From NCBI GenBank assembly GCA_017302575.1, contig JAFLDD010000001.1, forward strand, positions 713,988 to 777,987: a DNA stretch of 64,000 nucleotides. Reading direction: 5' to 3'. The translations under genes and the position numbers were made by a program. The notes beneath the pieces are model-generated. The model was given only the letters and a program-made list of their open reading frames with translations, did not search any database and was not told the DNA's origin. Shown one piece after another: positions 28,448 to 36,292 of this stretch (positions within the stretch are counted from its first letter, which is position 1; every line of letters starts with the position of its first letter). This DNA comes from Alphaproteobacteria bacterium (GTDB taxonomy: Bacteria; Pseudomonadota; Alphaproteobacteria; Rickettsiales; UBA3002).

Positions 28448-29701
28448 TTGCCGTTCATTGGTAGCTTTTCCTAAAGTAGGCACATTTTCTTTGCCGCCTT
28501 TACCAGAACGATCAATAACGTCGAAAGATGAAGCATAAGGTTGATATTTTGCGCTCACTTTATCCAACATACCTTGTTTGATGATTTCATTAGAAAAGCC
28601 ACTTGAAATACCATCGTTAGGAACAATATGCTCGCGAACTTTTGGGTCAATTGCACTTACGTGTGCGTAGACTTCTACTGGATTAGCCTCAAGTAGCTTA
28701 CTGGATGTTTCGGACTCTCCATCCACGATGCTACTCATCTTGTCCTGCAAACTATTCCTGCCTAAGAGATAAGGATTTGATAAAAACTTATTATATAACG
28801 GTAAAGCTACGTCTATAATATGTTTGCCAAAGGTAACTTCTGGGAATTTTTCCAGTGTTGGCGTGGGCTCTAGCGGCAACGTAAAACCTTCTGAGTCTCT
28901 CACTTGTTCAGTATAAGCAGAGGCTCCCAGCGACTCGACGAAAACGGAATCCTTGGATTGCTCATTCCATGCACGACAGGCTTTGTGCAAGTCATCCGCA
29001 TCATTAGGTAAGTGCAAGCGATCAAGCAATTCTCTCATAATTGGCTCAGGATCAGAGCGTAACATAAAGCCTGAAACTAGCGACAAAGACTGATGCCCAC
29101 AGGCGCGCTGAATGTCATTTTGAACATCATCAATATGAGCATCCATTTCACGCCAACACGCACGTGCGAAATCGCCCTGTATTTTTAATTGGTCGGAGTT
29201 ACTACCTCCGCGATTAGCTTCTCCTACACGCTCTCCACCATCCTGCAGCCATTCGCCGACCTTCTCTGCATAAGTCCAAACTTCTTCAGTAGATAACCCC
29301 TCGGCACCTTTTTTCTTGAAATGAAGATCGTTAGCATTGCGCTCAAGTAATGAGTACATTTGCAAATGCGGATCGCGTGCAGCATAGATAAAATGACCGC
29401 ATATCCCACGCATCTTAGGCCAGTCTTCTGCACTAAAATGACGAGGTAGAGATTTTATAAGAATACGTTTGGGATGTTGCGATGTTTTCGTTTCAGTCAA
29501 AGTGTCTGTAATGTGACCACATATTTCGTCAAACGTGCCGCGGTTGGGATGAAATGCTTCGTAAAATGAAGCATCATAAAATTGCGATAGGCTCCTAAAT
29601 AATGCGCTACCTACCGTTCGCGGCGGCGAATCAACCAAAGTGATTTCTAGTTCACCTTTGGCTACAGCTGCTTCTAATCTCTCAAAACCTGATGGCTTCA
29701 C
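28445..29701 (-). CDS. hypothetical protein with N-terminal sulfotransferase-like (PAPS-binding) motifs and an unassigned C-terminal half
   Basis: 418 aa with a GTG start. LVDSPPRTVGSALFRSL resembles the 5-prime-PSB loop P-(K/R)-x-G-(S/T)-x-x-L. HFIYAARDPHLQMYSL, about 90 aa later, resembles the (I/V)xxxRDP......S 3-prime-PB motif. The DNA looks AT-richer than its flanks by eye. Confidence 0.45.
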   Translation of the reverse strand: MKPSGFERLEAAVAKGELEITLVDSPPRTVGSALFRSLSQFYDASFYEAFHPNRGTFDEICGHITDTLTETKTSQHPKRILIKSLPRHFSAEDWPKMRGICGHFIYAARDPHLQMYSLLERNANDLHFKKKGAEGLSTEEVWTYAEKVGEWLQDGGERVGEANRGGSNSDQLKIQGDFARACWREMDAHIDDVQNDIQRACGHQSLSLVSGFMLRSDPEPIMRELLDRLHLPNDADDLHKACRAWNEQSKDSVFVESLGASAYTEQVRDSEGFTLPLEPTPTLEKFPEVTFGKHIIDVALPLYNKFLSNPYLLGRNSLQDKMSSIVDGESETSSKLLEANPVEVYAHVSAIDPKVREHIVPNDGISSGFSNEIIKQGMLDKVSAKYQPYASSFDVIDRSGKGGKENVPTLGKATNERQ

Positions 29702-29746
29702 CAGAGCGCCCCACTATCTATCTTATTGGAATATATCGTTCATTCG

Positions 29747-29767
29747 TTAATATTTCCTCAATATTAA
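29747..29767. promoter_or_regulatory. perfect 8-bp inverted repeat TTAATATT-N5-AATATTAA (candidate operator)
   Basis: Read directly in the sequence, 46-66 nt upstream of the GTG of ORF 28445-29701, in a 154-nt AT-rich intergenic region. Confidence 0.3.
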
Positions 29768-29855
29768 TGCTATAAGCGAGAAATCCAATTAAGCTGTGAG
29801 CTCAATCAAGCCCTAAAAACCGTCTTTAGTTGGTTGCCCGTCTCAACCAATCATT

Positions 29856-31121
29856 CTACCGCTCCGCACTTTTTGGATTATCTTGCCCCAGCGACTGATG
29901 AAGGCGGACGAAGAAATCTACTTGCGATTGGTCTTTTTGCATTTGCTCTGGAGTAATGAATCGATCCACCGCCGCGTTAAGCGCTGGGCCCGTATCCCTA
30001 TCGCCCTGCGCCGATGCTTTCACCATTTCGGTGATGAAACGGCAGGTGTTGATACCGAGCACATTGCTAGGAATCACATAATAAATTCCATCATCCCTCA
30101 TCTCGTGATGTAGGGCAGAAGTATAGAGCGGCTTGTTATGCGGATCGACCTGACGATGCACCATATGCGGTGTTTCTTGCGTGCGGTCGGCTACTTGCCC
30201 TTCAATATCGTGCGCGGCGGCGGCCAATTCTTGCAGGGGCAATTTCGGTAGTTCTTGGTTGCGGAAACCTACGCCTCGTAGCGTTGTATCCGTTTCGCGG
30301 CTCAACAGAATGTGATGCGCACCAGCATCGACCGCGCCAACATCCGCACGGGCAATGGGCTGCTCCGTATGCCTAAAATCAAGATGAGGGTGGCCTATAT
30401 GAATGCCCGATTCAGCCATAGCTGATTTATCTTCGTTATATAGTAAGGTGACTTGCGAAAAATCGGGATATTTTGGTTTTATGGTTGCGTTTGGTCCAAC
30501 ACCGATTGCTGCAACTGCTAAAATGGCGGGATTCATTTCTTTTTCCTCAAAGCCCCTTTCATCCAGCATATGCACCAGCACGTTGCGCACTTCTTGCGTA
30601 AACGTAGTCCCGTAGCTATTCGCAAAGATGGTGAGGTTGGATAATTGACGCGCCAATACGTTCATCGCTTCTGCACGCTCGGTGGCGTTCATGGACCTGC
30701 CATCTGGGAAATAACTGGCAAGCGCCTGATCGACGAATTGTTGTGCTTTCAGCGAAAAGAACTGCTTTGGGTCTTCGTTATACGCATCCGTGACGGCACT
30801 TGCGTATTTATTACACGCCGTTTTATTGCTTCGCACTGAACCACTCTCGGGGCTTTCAAGCGTAAAGCTGTAAAAATCAAACGCAGAAGATGGAACGGCA
30901 CCGTCGATAATATGCTGGAGGGTGCGATACTGCGTTGCCAATTGTTCGGTTTCCATCGATAGATACGCGCCGCCTCCGAAGTAGACTACGCACGGCCTGC
31001 TCAGATCAATGGAGCCTGCTCTTTCGGGTGGGTTAGATTCAGAATCCACGCGCCACAAAATACCCGTGCTAGGGTATTTTTCGTCTAGCGATGCTTGTCT
31101 CATCTCAAGTGGCAGGAACAT
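29856..31121 (-). CDS. hypothetical protein, possible alpha/beta-hydrolase (serine hydrolase)-like core
   Basis: 421 aa with PCVVYFGGGAY (oxyanion-loop-like) and LTIFANSYGTT (an A-x-S-x-G nucleophile-elbow-like motif). The rest was not recognised. The ATG directly follows the tsaC stop (TAA-ATG). Confidence 0.4.
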   Translation of the reverse strand: MFLPLEMRQASLDEKYPSTGILWRVDSESNPPERAGSIDLSRPCVVYFGGGAYLSMETEQLATQYRTLQHIIDGAVPSSAFDFYSFTLESPESGSVRSNKTACNKYASAVTDAYNEDPKQFFSLKAQQFVDQALASYFPDGRSMNATERAEAMNVLARQLSNLTIFANSYGTTFTQEVRNVLVHMLDERGFEEKEMNPAILAVAAIGVGPNATIKPKYPDFSQVTLLYNEDKSAMAESGIHIGHPHLDFRHTEQPIARADVGAVDAGAHHILLSRETDTTLRGVGFRNQELPKLPLQELAAAAHDIEGQVADRTQETPHMVHRQVDPHNKPLYTSALHHEMRDDGIYYVIPSNVLGINTCRFITEMVKASAQGDRDTGPALNAAVDRFITPEQMQKDQSQVDFFVRLHQSLGQDNPKSAER

Positions 31122-32066
31122 TTATTGCGCGGCTCTTTTTAGTCTGTCGTTAATAGCTTCACCAATTCCCTGTTCGGGGATTGGCATGACCGCAATCATC
31201 TTATGGGGTAAATGGTCAAGAATTCGTAAATATCCGAACAGATTCGCTGCCGCCTCGACCAGATTTCCCGAAGGTGACAGGTTCAGGGTGGTGCGCGCAC
31301 CGCTTGGCACGTCTGTGCCAAAGGCCAACAAGGCCTCGTCCCCCTCCACACGCGTGGCGTTGAGGCGCACGGGGATGGACGGTGCGTAATGGTGTAGTAA
31401 CATGCCTGGTGATTTTATCACCTCGTCCTTCGCGGCGATGATGGGTACGACTGCCGCGAGTTGTTCGCTCGTGATGATGCCTTTGCGCAAAATGGCCACG
31501 CCGTTTTCATCCGTCGCATCGACCACCGTGGACTCGATGCCGACATCGCACGCGCCACCATCGACGACATATAACATGTCACCAAATTCGTCGCGCACAT
31601 GTTGCGCCGTAGTCGGGCTGACACGCCCTGAACGATTCGCGCTCGGTGCGGCGATGCCCCTTCCCCACTTCTCAAGTAACACATGAAATGTTGGGTGCGA
31701 TGGTGCGCGCAACGCCACCGTGTTACCCCCAGCCAGCGCGAGTGTGGATAGTACTGTGGGTTGCACTGTGGGTAGTACGATGGTGAGTGGCCCTGGCCAA
31801 AATTTCTGCGCGAGTGTTTCTGCGAGCGGATTCCACTGCGCATATTTTTTCGCGACCTCGATGTTCGCCACGTGAATAATCAGGGGGTTAAATTGCGGCC
31901 TTGATTTCATGCTGTAAATTTTTGCGACGGCTAGATCGCTCTCCGCGTCGGCGCTTAATCCATAAACCGTCTCGGTGGGGATGCCGACAAGCTCGCCGCT
32001 TTTCCAAATACTTAGGACGCGTTCTTGAAGCTCAAAATCAATAGATTGTGGATAAGTCTCGTTCAT
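31122..32066 (-). CDS. tsaC: L-threonylcarbamoyladenylate synthase (Sua5/TsaC2 type, with C-terminal Sua5 domain)
   Basis: 314 aa with a YrdC domain (IPTETVYGLSADA, RPQFNPLIIHV, GPLTIVL, VALRAPSHP, APSANRSGRVSPT) plus a C-terminal extension. Confidence 0.88.
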   Translation of the reverse strand: MNETYPQSIDFELQERVLSIWKSGELVGIPTETVYGLSADAESDLAVAKIYSMKSRPQFNPLIIHVANIEVAKKYAQWNPLAETLAQKFWPGPLTIVLPTVQPTVLSTLALAGGNTVALRAPSHPTFHVLLEKWGRGIAAPSANRSGRVSPTTAQHVRDEFGDMLYVVDGGACDVGIESTVVDATDENGVAILRKGIITSEQLAAVVPIIAAKDEVIKSPGMLLHHYAPSIPVRLNATRVEGDEALLAFGTDVPSGARTTLNLSPSGNLVEAAANLFGYLRILDHLPHKMIAVMPIPEQGIGEAINDRLKRAAQ

Positions 32067-32161
32067 TTGACAATATATAGTAGTGTGCGTTACATTCTAG
32101 GTGATCTCATCGCTCGGCAAGCAAACCAAAAAACATTCCCATAAACTCTAGGAGCGAAAAG

Positions 32162-32821
32162 GTGGTAGCACGTGTCATCACGATTGCACAACAAAAAGGC
32201 GGTGCAGGCAAGACAACCATGGCAGCGCATTTGGCTGTCGCATGGGCGAGCAGTGGTCGTAATAAGGTCGCGATCGTGGATATCGACCCCCAGGGTTCGC
32301 TTGGCCAATGGTTCAAGGTGCGTCAAGCCCACTTGGGTGAGGACGAAGTAGGGCTTACCTTCGCTAGCATCTCTGGCTGGCGGGTGCGCTCGGAACTTGA
32401 TCGCCTGAAATACACGCATGATATTATCGTCATCGACTCGCCTCCGCATACGGACGCGGAAGCGCGTACGGCGATTCGCGCGGCGGACCTTGTGGTCGTG
32501 CCGCTCCAGCCTAGCCCGATGGATGTGTGGGCGACGAGTGCAACCATCAACATCTGCAAACAAGAAAAAGTGCCGGTGAAAATGGTATTGAACCGCGTGC
32601 CCTCCAGCGCAAAAATTACTGAGGCGATTTCGGGTGAAATGGTCGGGCTTACCAGCAATCGCTTTGGTAACCGCGTGGCCTATGCCTGCTCGCTCATGCA
32701 AGGATTAGGCGTGACAGAGTCTGACCCGAATAGTCTGGCAGCCGAAGAAGTGCGTGCATTGGCGAAAGAAATTATGCAGTATCTGAATCGTAAACGCGCA
32801 GAGCAAAGGAATTCGGCATGA
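32162..32821 (+). CDS. ParA/MinD-family P-loop ATPase (orphan, no adjacent ParB)
   Basis: 219 aa with a GTG start. It has the deviant Walker A QQKGGAGKTT and the motifs VDIDPQGS and IIVIDSPP. ATGA overlap with ogt. Confidence 0.8.
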   Translation: MVARVITIAQQKGGAGKTTMAAHLAVAWASSGRNKVAIVDIDPQGSLGQWFKVRQAHLGEDEVGLTFASISGWRVRSELDRLKYTHDIIVIDSPPHTDAEARTAIRAADLVVVPLQPSPMDVWATSATINICKQEKVPVKMVLNRVPSSAKITEAISGEMVGLTSNRFGNRVAYACSLMQGLGVTESDPNSLAAEEVRALAKEIMQYLNRKRAEQRNSA

Positions 32822-33342
32822 ACAGCGAGCCACTCTTTTTCACGACGCATGATTCGGATATCGGCACCTTACTACTCATCGCTTCCAACAAAGGCCTACG
32901 TTATTTGACATTGGTGGAAAGCGCAGCGCAAGGTCGCGAGTTGGCGCGCCATTACGATACGAATAATCCTGCTGTCGAGATGAACGGCTTCTTCGCCAGC
33001 ACCTGCGGCGAGATCGATAATTACCTCGAAGCGGGCAAGCCACTCAAGTTGCCATACGAGTTGGTGGGTGGCACGCCATTGCAGCGCGCTGTATGGCTGG
33101 AGCTTTCCCGCCTGCGCTACGGCGAGACAATTAGCTACACCGCACTTGCAGAGAAAGTTGGTTTCCCACGTGCCGTGCGCGCAATCGCAAGTGCATGTGG
33201 CGCCAATCCCCTTCCCCTCGTGATCCCATGCCATCGCGTCATCTCGAAAGATGGGTCGCTCGGTGGTTTTTCACTCGGTGGCTTAGAGGTGAAAGAGCGC
33301 CTGTTGTCGCTTGAGGCAAAACTGCGCTTCGCGGCGGCTTAA
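32818..33342 (+). CDS. ogt: methylated-DNA--protein-cysteine methyltransferase
   Basis: 174 aa with the active site IPCHRVISKDGSLGGF and the motif YGETISYTALA. Confidence 0.9.
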   Translation: MNSEPLFFTTHDSDIGTLLLIASNKGLRYLTLVESAAQGRELARHYDTNNPAVEMNGFFASTCGEIDNYLEAGKPLKLPYELVGGTPLQRAVWLELSRLRYGETISYTALAEKVGFPRAVRAIASACGANPLPLVIPCHRVISKDGSLGGFSLGGLEVKERLLSLEAKLRFAAA

Positions 33343-33599
33343 GCCTTCGCGCTAATCGCCAGCGCGTGTAACCCTTCGTCGAACATTCCATGCAATGCGT
33401 CATACACCATGCGATGTGATTCCACGCGTGACTTGCCACGAAATGCTTCCGCAACAATCTCCACCGTATAATGCGTTTGCCCCTCGGGGCGCGCACCTGC
33501 GTGGCCTGCATGCTTGGATGAATCATCCCGCACGCTAAGCAGCGTTGGTGAAAATGCTTTGCGCAGGTGTTCTTCAATCTGTTGCGTACGAGTATTCAT
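33339..33599 (-). CDS. bolA: BolA-family protein
   Basis: About 86 aa from MNTRTQQIEEHL, with DDSSKHAGH, F.G.SRV.RHRMVY and HALAI. The track ORF carries an unlikely 34-codon N-terminal extension. Confidence 0.8.
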   Translation of the reverse strand: MNTRTQQIEEHLRKAFSPTLLSVRDDSSKHAGHAGARPEGQTHYTVEIVAEAFRGKSRVESHRMVYDALHGMFDEGLHALAISAKA

Positions 33600-33849
33600 G
33601 GGAACTGATGTAAGCGAAAAACAAACCACAGACGATTCTTTTTTAAAAGATGCACTACCAAACCTCTGGTTTCTTCCAAACTCTCTCAATTTGAGAATCA
33701 AAGCGAGAATACACGCATTAGGCGTGTCTAATATAAGCCCATCAACCCTAGATAAGCCATTGAAAATAAAGGATTGTCACCAAGCGGCATAGGTGGCATA
33801 TGCATTGCGAATCCTATGTTTGTGAACACAACATGGGAGAGAGACACAA

Positions 33850-34218
33850 ATGAGACGTAAAACAGACCCAACAAGGGCGGTTGATAAGCATGTAGGTAAA
33901 CAGTTGCGCGTGATGCGCGCTGCACGCGGCCTTACACAAGAAGATTTGAGCGAAAAGCTTGGAATCAGTTATCAGCAGCTTCACAAGTACGAGACTGGCG
34001 CGAATAGCATAGCAGCCAGCCGTCTGTATGAAATTGCCAAATTATTGGGCGTTTCGCCCGATACGTTCTTTGATGGGCTTCAGCCAACCGCCAATATTGG
34101 CGTACCAAGCGAGAACTTATTGTCGCGCGAGCAAGTCGTTCTGCTAAAGCACCTCAACAACCTTCCTGACGCGCGCCGAAGTGCCGTGGTAAGTTTTATC
34201 CGCAGCATTACAGCGTAG
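33850..34218 (+). CDS. XRE-family helix-turn-helix transcriptional regulator
   Basis: 122 aa with the HTH_3 pattern VGKQLRVMRAARGLTQEDLSEKLGISYQQLHKYETGANSIAASRLYEIAKLLGV. Confidence 0.85.
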   Translation: MRRKTDPTRAVDKHVGKQLRVMRAARGLTQEDLSEKLGISYQQLHKYETGANSIAASRLYEIAKLLGVSPDTFFDGLQPTANIGVPSENLLSREQVVLLKHLNNLPDARRSAVVSFIRSITA

Positions 34219-34255
34219 CACTTGCTAGCTGCTTCAGGCATGGCATAATCACGCC

Positions 34256-34801
34256 ATGCCTCGCAAACGAAAATCCGAAACCATTGAACCTAGCGGCAAT
34301 AGCTGCGCCTGGTACGGATGCCAGCAACCTGGTGACTACCGCGCACCCATGTCGCGCCAACAACTGCACCAATATCAGTGGTTCTGCCAAGAACACATCG
34401 TTCAGTTCAACAAGAACTGGAATTATTTTGAGGGCATGACCCAAGACCAGATTTACGATTTCCAAAAAGATGCGACCATTGGCCATCGACCTACTTGGCG
34501 TGTCGATCAAGGCCAGGGTACTTCCACCGCGCAGCTAGAGCACGCCTTTAACCGCATGTTTGGTGACGGCCAATACCGTAGCAATGTGAAGCCCATTAAC
34601 CCCAAGGATCGTGACGCATTAGCCGCGCTTGATCTAGAGCACCCCACCGATAAAAAATCTATCAAGGCACAGTATCGCGAGCTCGTGAAAAAATATCACC
34701 CAGATGTAAATCGTGGTAATGCTCGCGCCGAGGATGTGTTCAAGAAAATTACGATTGCCTACCACCACCTCATGGAATTTTATGTGAAAGATCACGTATG
34801 A
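34256..34801 (+). CDS. J-domain protein (DnaJ-like, C-terminal J domain)
   Basis: 181 aa with a C-terminal J domain containing KKYHPDVNRGN (HPD). The N-terminal Cys-containing region is typical of the alphaproteobacterial gene found upstream of cobS. Confidence 0.8.
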   Translation: MPRKRKSETIEPSGNSCAWYGCQQPGDYRAPMSRQQLHQYQWFCQEHIVQFNKNWNYFEGMTQDQIYDFQKDATIGHRPTWRVDQGQGTSTAQLEHAFNRMFGDGQYRSNVKPINPKDRDALAALDLEHPTDKKSIKAQYRELVKKYHPDVNRGNARAEDVFKKITIAYHHLMEFYVKDHV

Positions 34802-35319
34802 AACGTCTATTGCTGCTTTTGCCTCTACTTCTTTGTGCCTGTATCGTCGTTGATGATTTTGGTGACGCATGGAAAAAAGCTGAGGGCGACATCTGCCTGA
34901 ATCGAATTAATGCAGCGCTTTACGCGCAGGTGCATGAGCGTGAAGTGAAGGAAGATCGCATCGAAAAACTAGCGCGCGGAATCACGTTGGATGGGCATCA
35001 TTATATCTTGATGAAAGAGAATCCATCCGACAAAGGCGGCTTCCTATTCCGCTTCACGGTGAAGGAAGGCGTGTTCACGCGCTATAAGCTGAACCCAACC
35101 ATGCGCAAACAGTTCCTTGAAGAATATCCGAATGCGCCCGTTTCGATTGACGACAGCACCGCCACCCTTACCTCGCTGGATACTGAGCGTGTCGCACTGC
35201 TCAACAAAATCGCCGATGATGCGAAATACTGGGAAACGGACGATCGTACGCTTTACAACCCCCTTCGAAATAAACTATGCCGCTTCGAAGATAGAGATCT
35301 AGAAACACTGGAAGATTAA
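34798..35319 (+). CDS. hypothetical lipoprotein
   Basis: 173 aa with a signal peptide and lipobox (LLLLPLLLCAC). ATGA overlap with the J-protein gene. No other motif. Confidence 0.6.
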   Translation: MKRLLLLLPLLLCACIVVDDFGDAWKKAEGDICLNRINAALYAQVHEREVKEDRIEKLARGITLDGHHYILMKENPSDKGGFLFRFTVKEGVFTRYKLNPTMRKQFLEEYPNAPVSIDDSTATLTSLDTERVALLNKIADDAKYWETDDRTLYNPLRNKLCRFEDRDLETLED

Positions 35320-35320
35320 G

Positions 35321-36292
35321 ATGAACGACACCGATTTCAGTATTGAAGAAAAACCTAGCAAGAAACTGGCAACCGATAAGGTGTTTGGCTTCGCATCGGA
35401 TTTGAAGCCTGTGGGGTTTGTGAATAGCTCGAGCTATAGCCCTGTGGTGGATGAAGCCTATCACTTCGACAAAACAACTACGTTGGCTATTCTTGCGGGC
35501 TTTATGCATAATCGCCGCGTGCTGGTGCAGGGCTATCACGGCACCGGCAAATCCACCCATATCGAACAAGTCGCTGCACGCCTCAACTGGCCGTGTATCC
35601 GCGTGAATCTGGACTCCCACATCAGCCGCACTGATTTAGTAGGGCGCGATGCTATTGTTCTGCGTGAAGGCAAGCAGGTCACGGCGTTCCAAGAAGGGAT
35701 TATTCCTTGGGCACTGCAACGCCCCATCGCGTTGGTATTTGACGAGTATGATGCAGGTCGCCCCGATGTTATGTTCGTGATTCAACGCATTCTGGAAGCA
35801 CAAGGCAAGCTTACCCTGCTCGACCAGAATCGTGTGATCACGCCGCACCCTTATTTCCGCATTTTTGCGACTTCCAACACTATTGGTTTGGGCGATGCAA
35901 CGGGCTTATACCATGGCACGCAGCCCATTAACCAAGGTCAGATGGATCGCTGGAATATTGTAACAACGCTCAATTATCTACCCGCCGATGTTGAAGAAAA
36001 AATCGTTATGGCGCGCGTGCCTGAAATGAAAACCGCAAAGCCCAAGGGTCTTGTGTCGGCTATGATTGCCATGGCTAATCTGACACGCCAAGGCTTCATG
36101 AATGGCGATATCTCCACCGTCATGTCGCCACGCACGGTAATTAGCTGGGCGGAGAACTTCCAGATTCTGGGTGATGTGAACTTGTCGTTCCGACTTTCCT
36201 TCCTCAATAAATGCGATGAGATGGAACGCGCGACCATTGCAGAATATTACCAGCGCTGCTTTGATGTCGATCTGATGGCGAGCGCCGCGTGA
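35321..36292 (+). CDS. cobS: CobS-type AAA+ ATPase (aerobic cobaltochelatase small subunit homologue)
   Basis: 323 aa with Walker [14 protein letters not shown], Walker B ALVFDEYD and a MoxR-like AAA core. It overlaps cobT. Confidence 0.85.
   Translation: MNDTDFSIEEKPSKKLATDKVFGFASDLKPVGFVNSSSYSPVVDEAYHFDKTTTLAILAGFMHNRRVLVQGYHGTGKSTHIEQVAARLNWPCIRVNLDSHISRTDLVGRDAIVLREGKQVTAFQEGIIPWALQRPIALVFDEYDAGRPDVMFVIQRILEAQGKLTLLDQNRVITPHPYFRIFATSNTIGLGDATGLYHGTQPINQGQMDRWNIVTTLNYLPADVEEKIVMARVPEMKTAKPKGLVSAMIAMANLTRQGFMNGDISTVMSPRTVISWAENFQILGDVNLSFRLSFLNKCDEMERATIAEYYQRCFDVDLMASAA

Noticed and set aside
28415-31130. Integrase gene or direct repeat of the tRNA-Asn 3-prime end that would delimit a classical genomic island
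   Set aside because: No recombinase-like ORF occurs in any frame. Only a 6-nt AATCCA match to the tRNA T-arm was seen at about 29783, which is not significant. The region is therefore described as an islet-like accessory patch, not as a mobile element.
32090-32701. 203-aa minus-strand ORF overlapping the ParA-like gene
   Set aside because: It is antisense to an ORF with a clear deviant Walker A and ParA motifs. The translation is Arg/His-rich and motif-free, so I read it as a shadow ORF.
33600-33849. 250-nt bolA / XRE divergent intergenic region, checked for a small RNA or other structured element
   Set aside because: Only one short hairpin (ACACGC-ATTAG-GCGTGT at 33711-33727) has no following U-run, and nothing resembles an RNA family I know. 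The region most likely holds just two divergent promoters.
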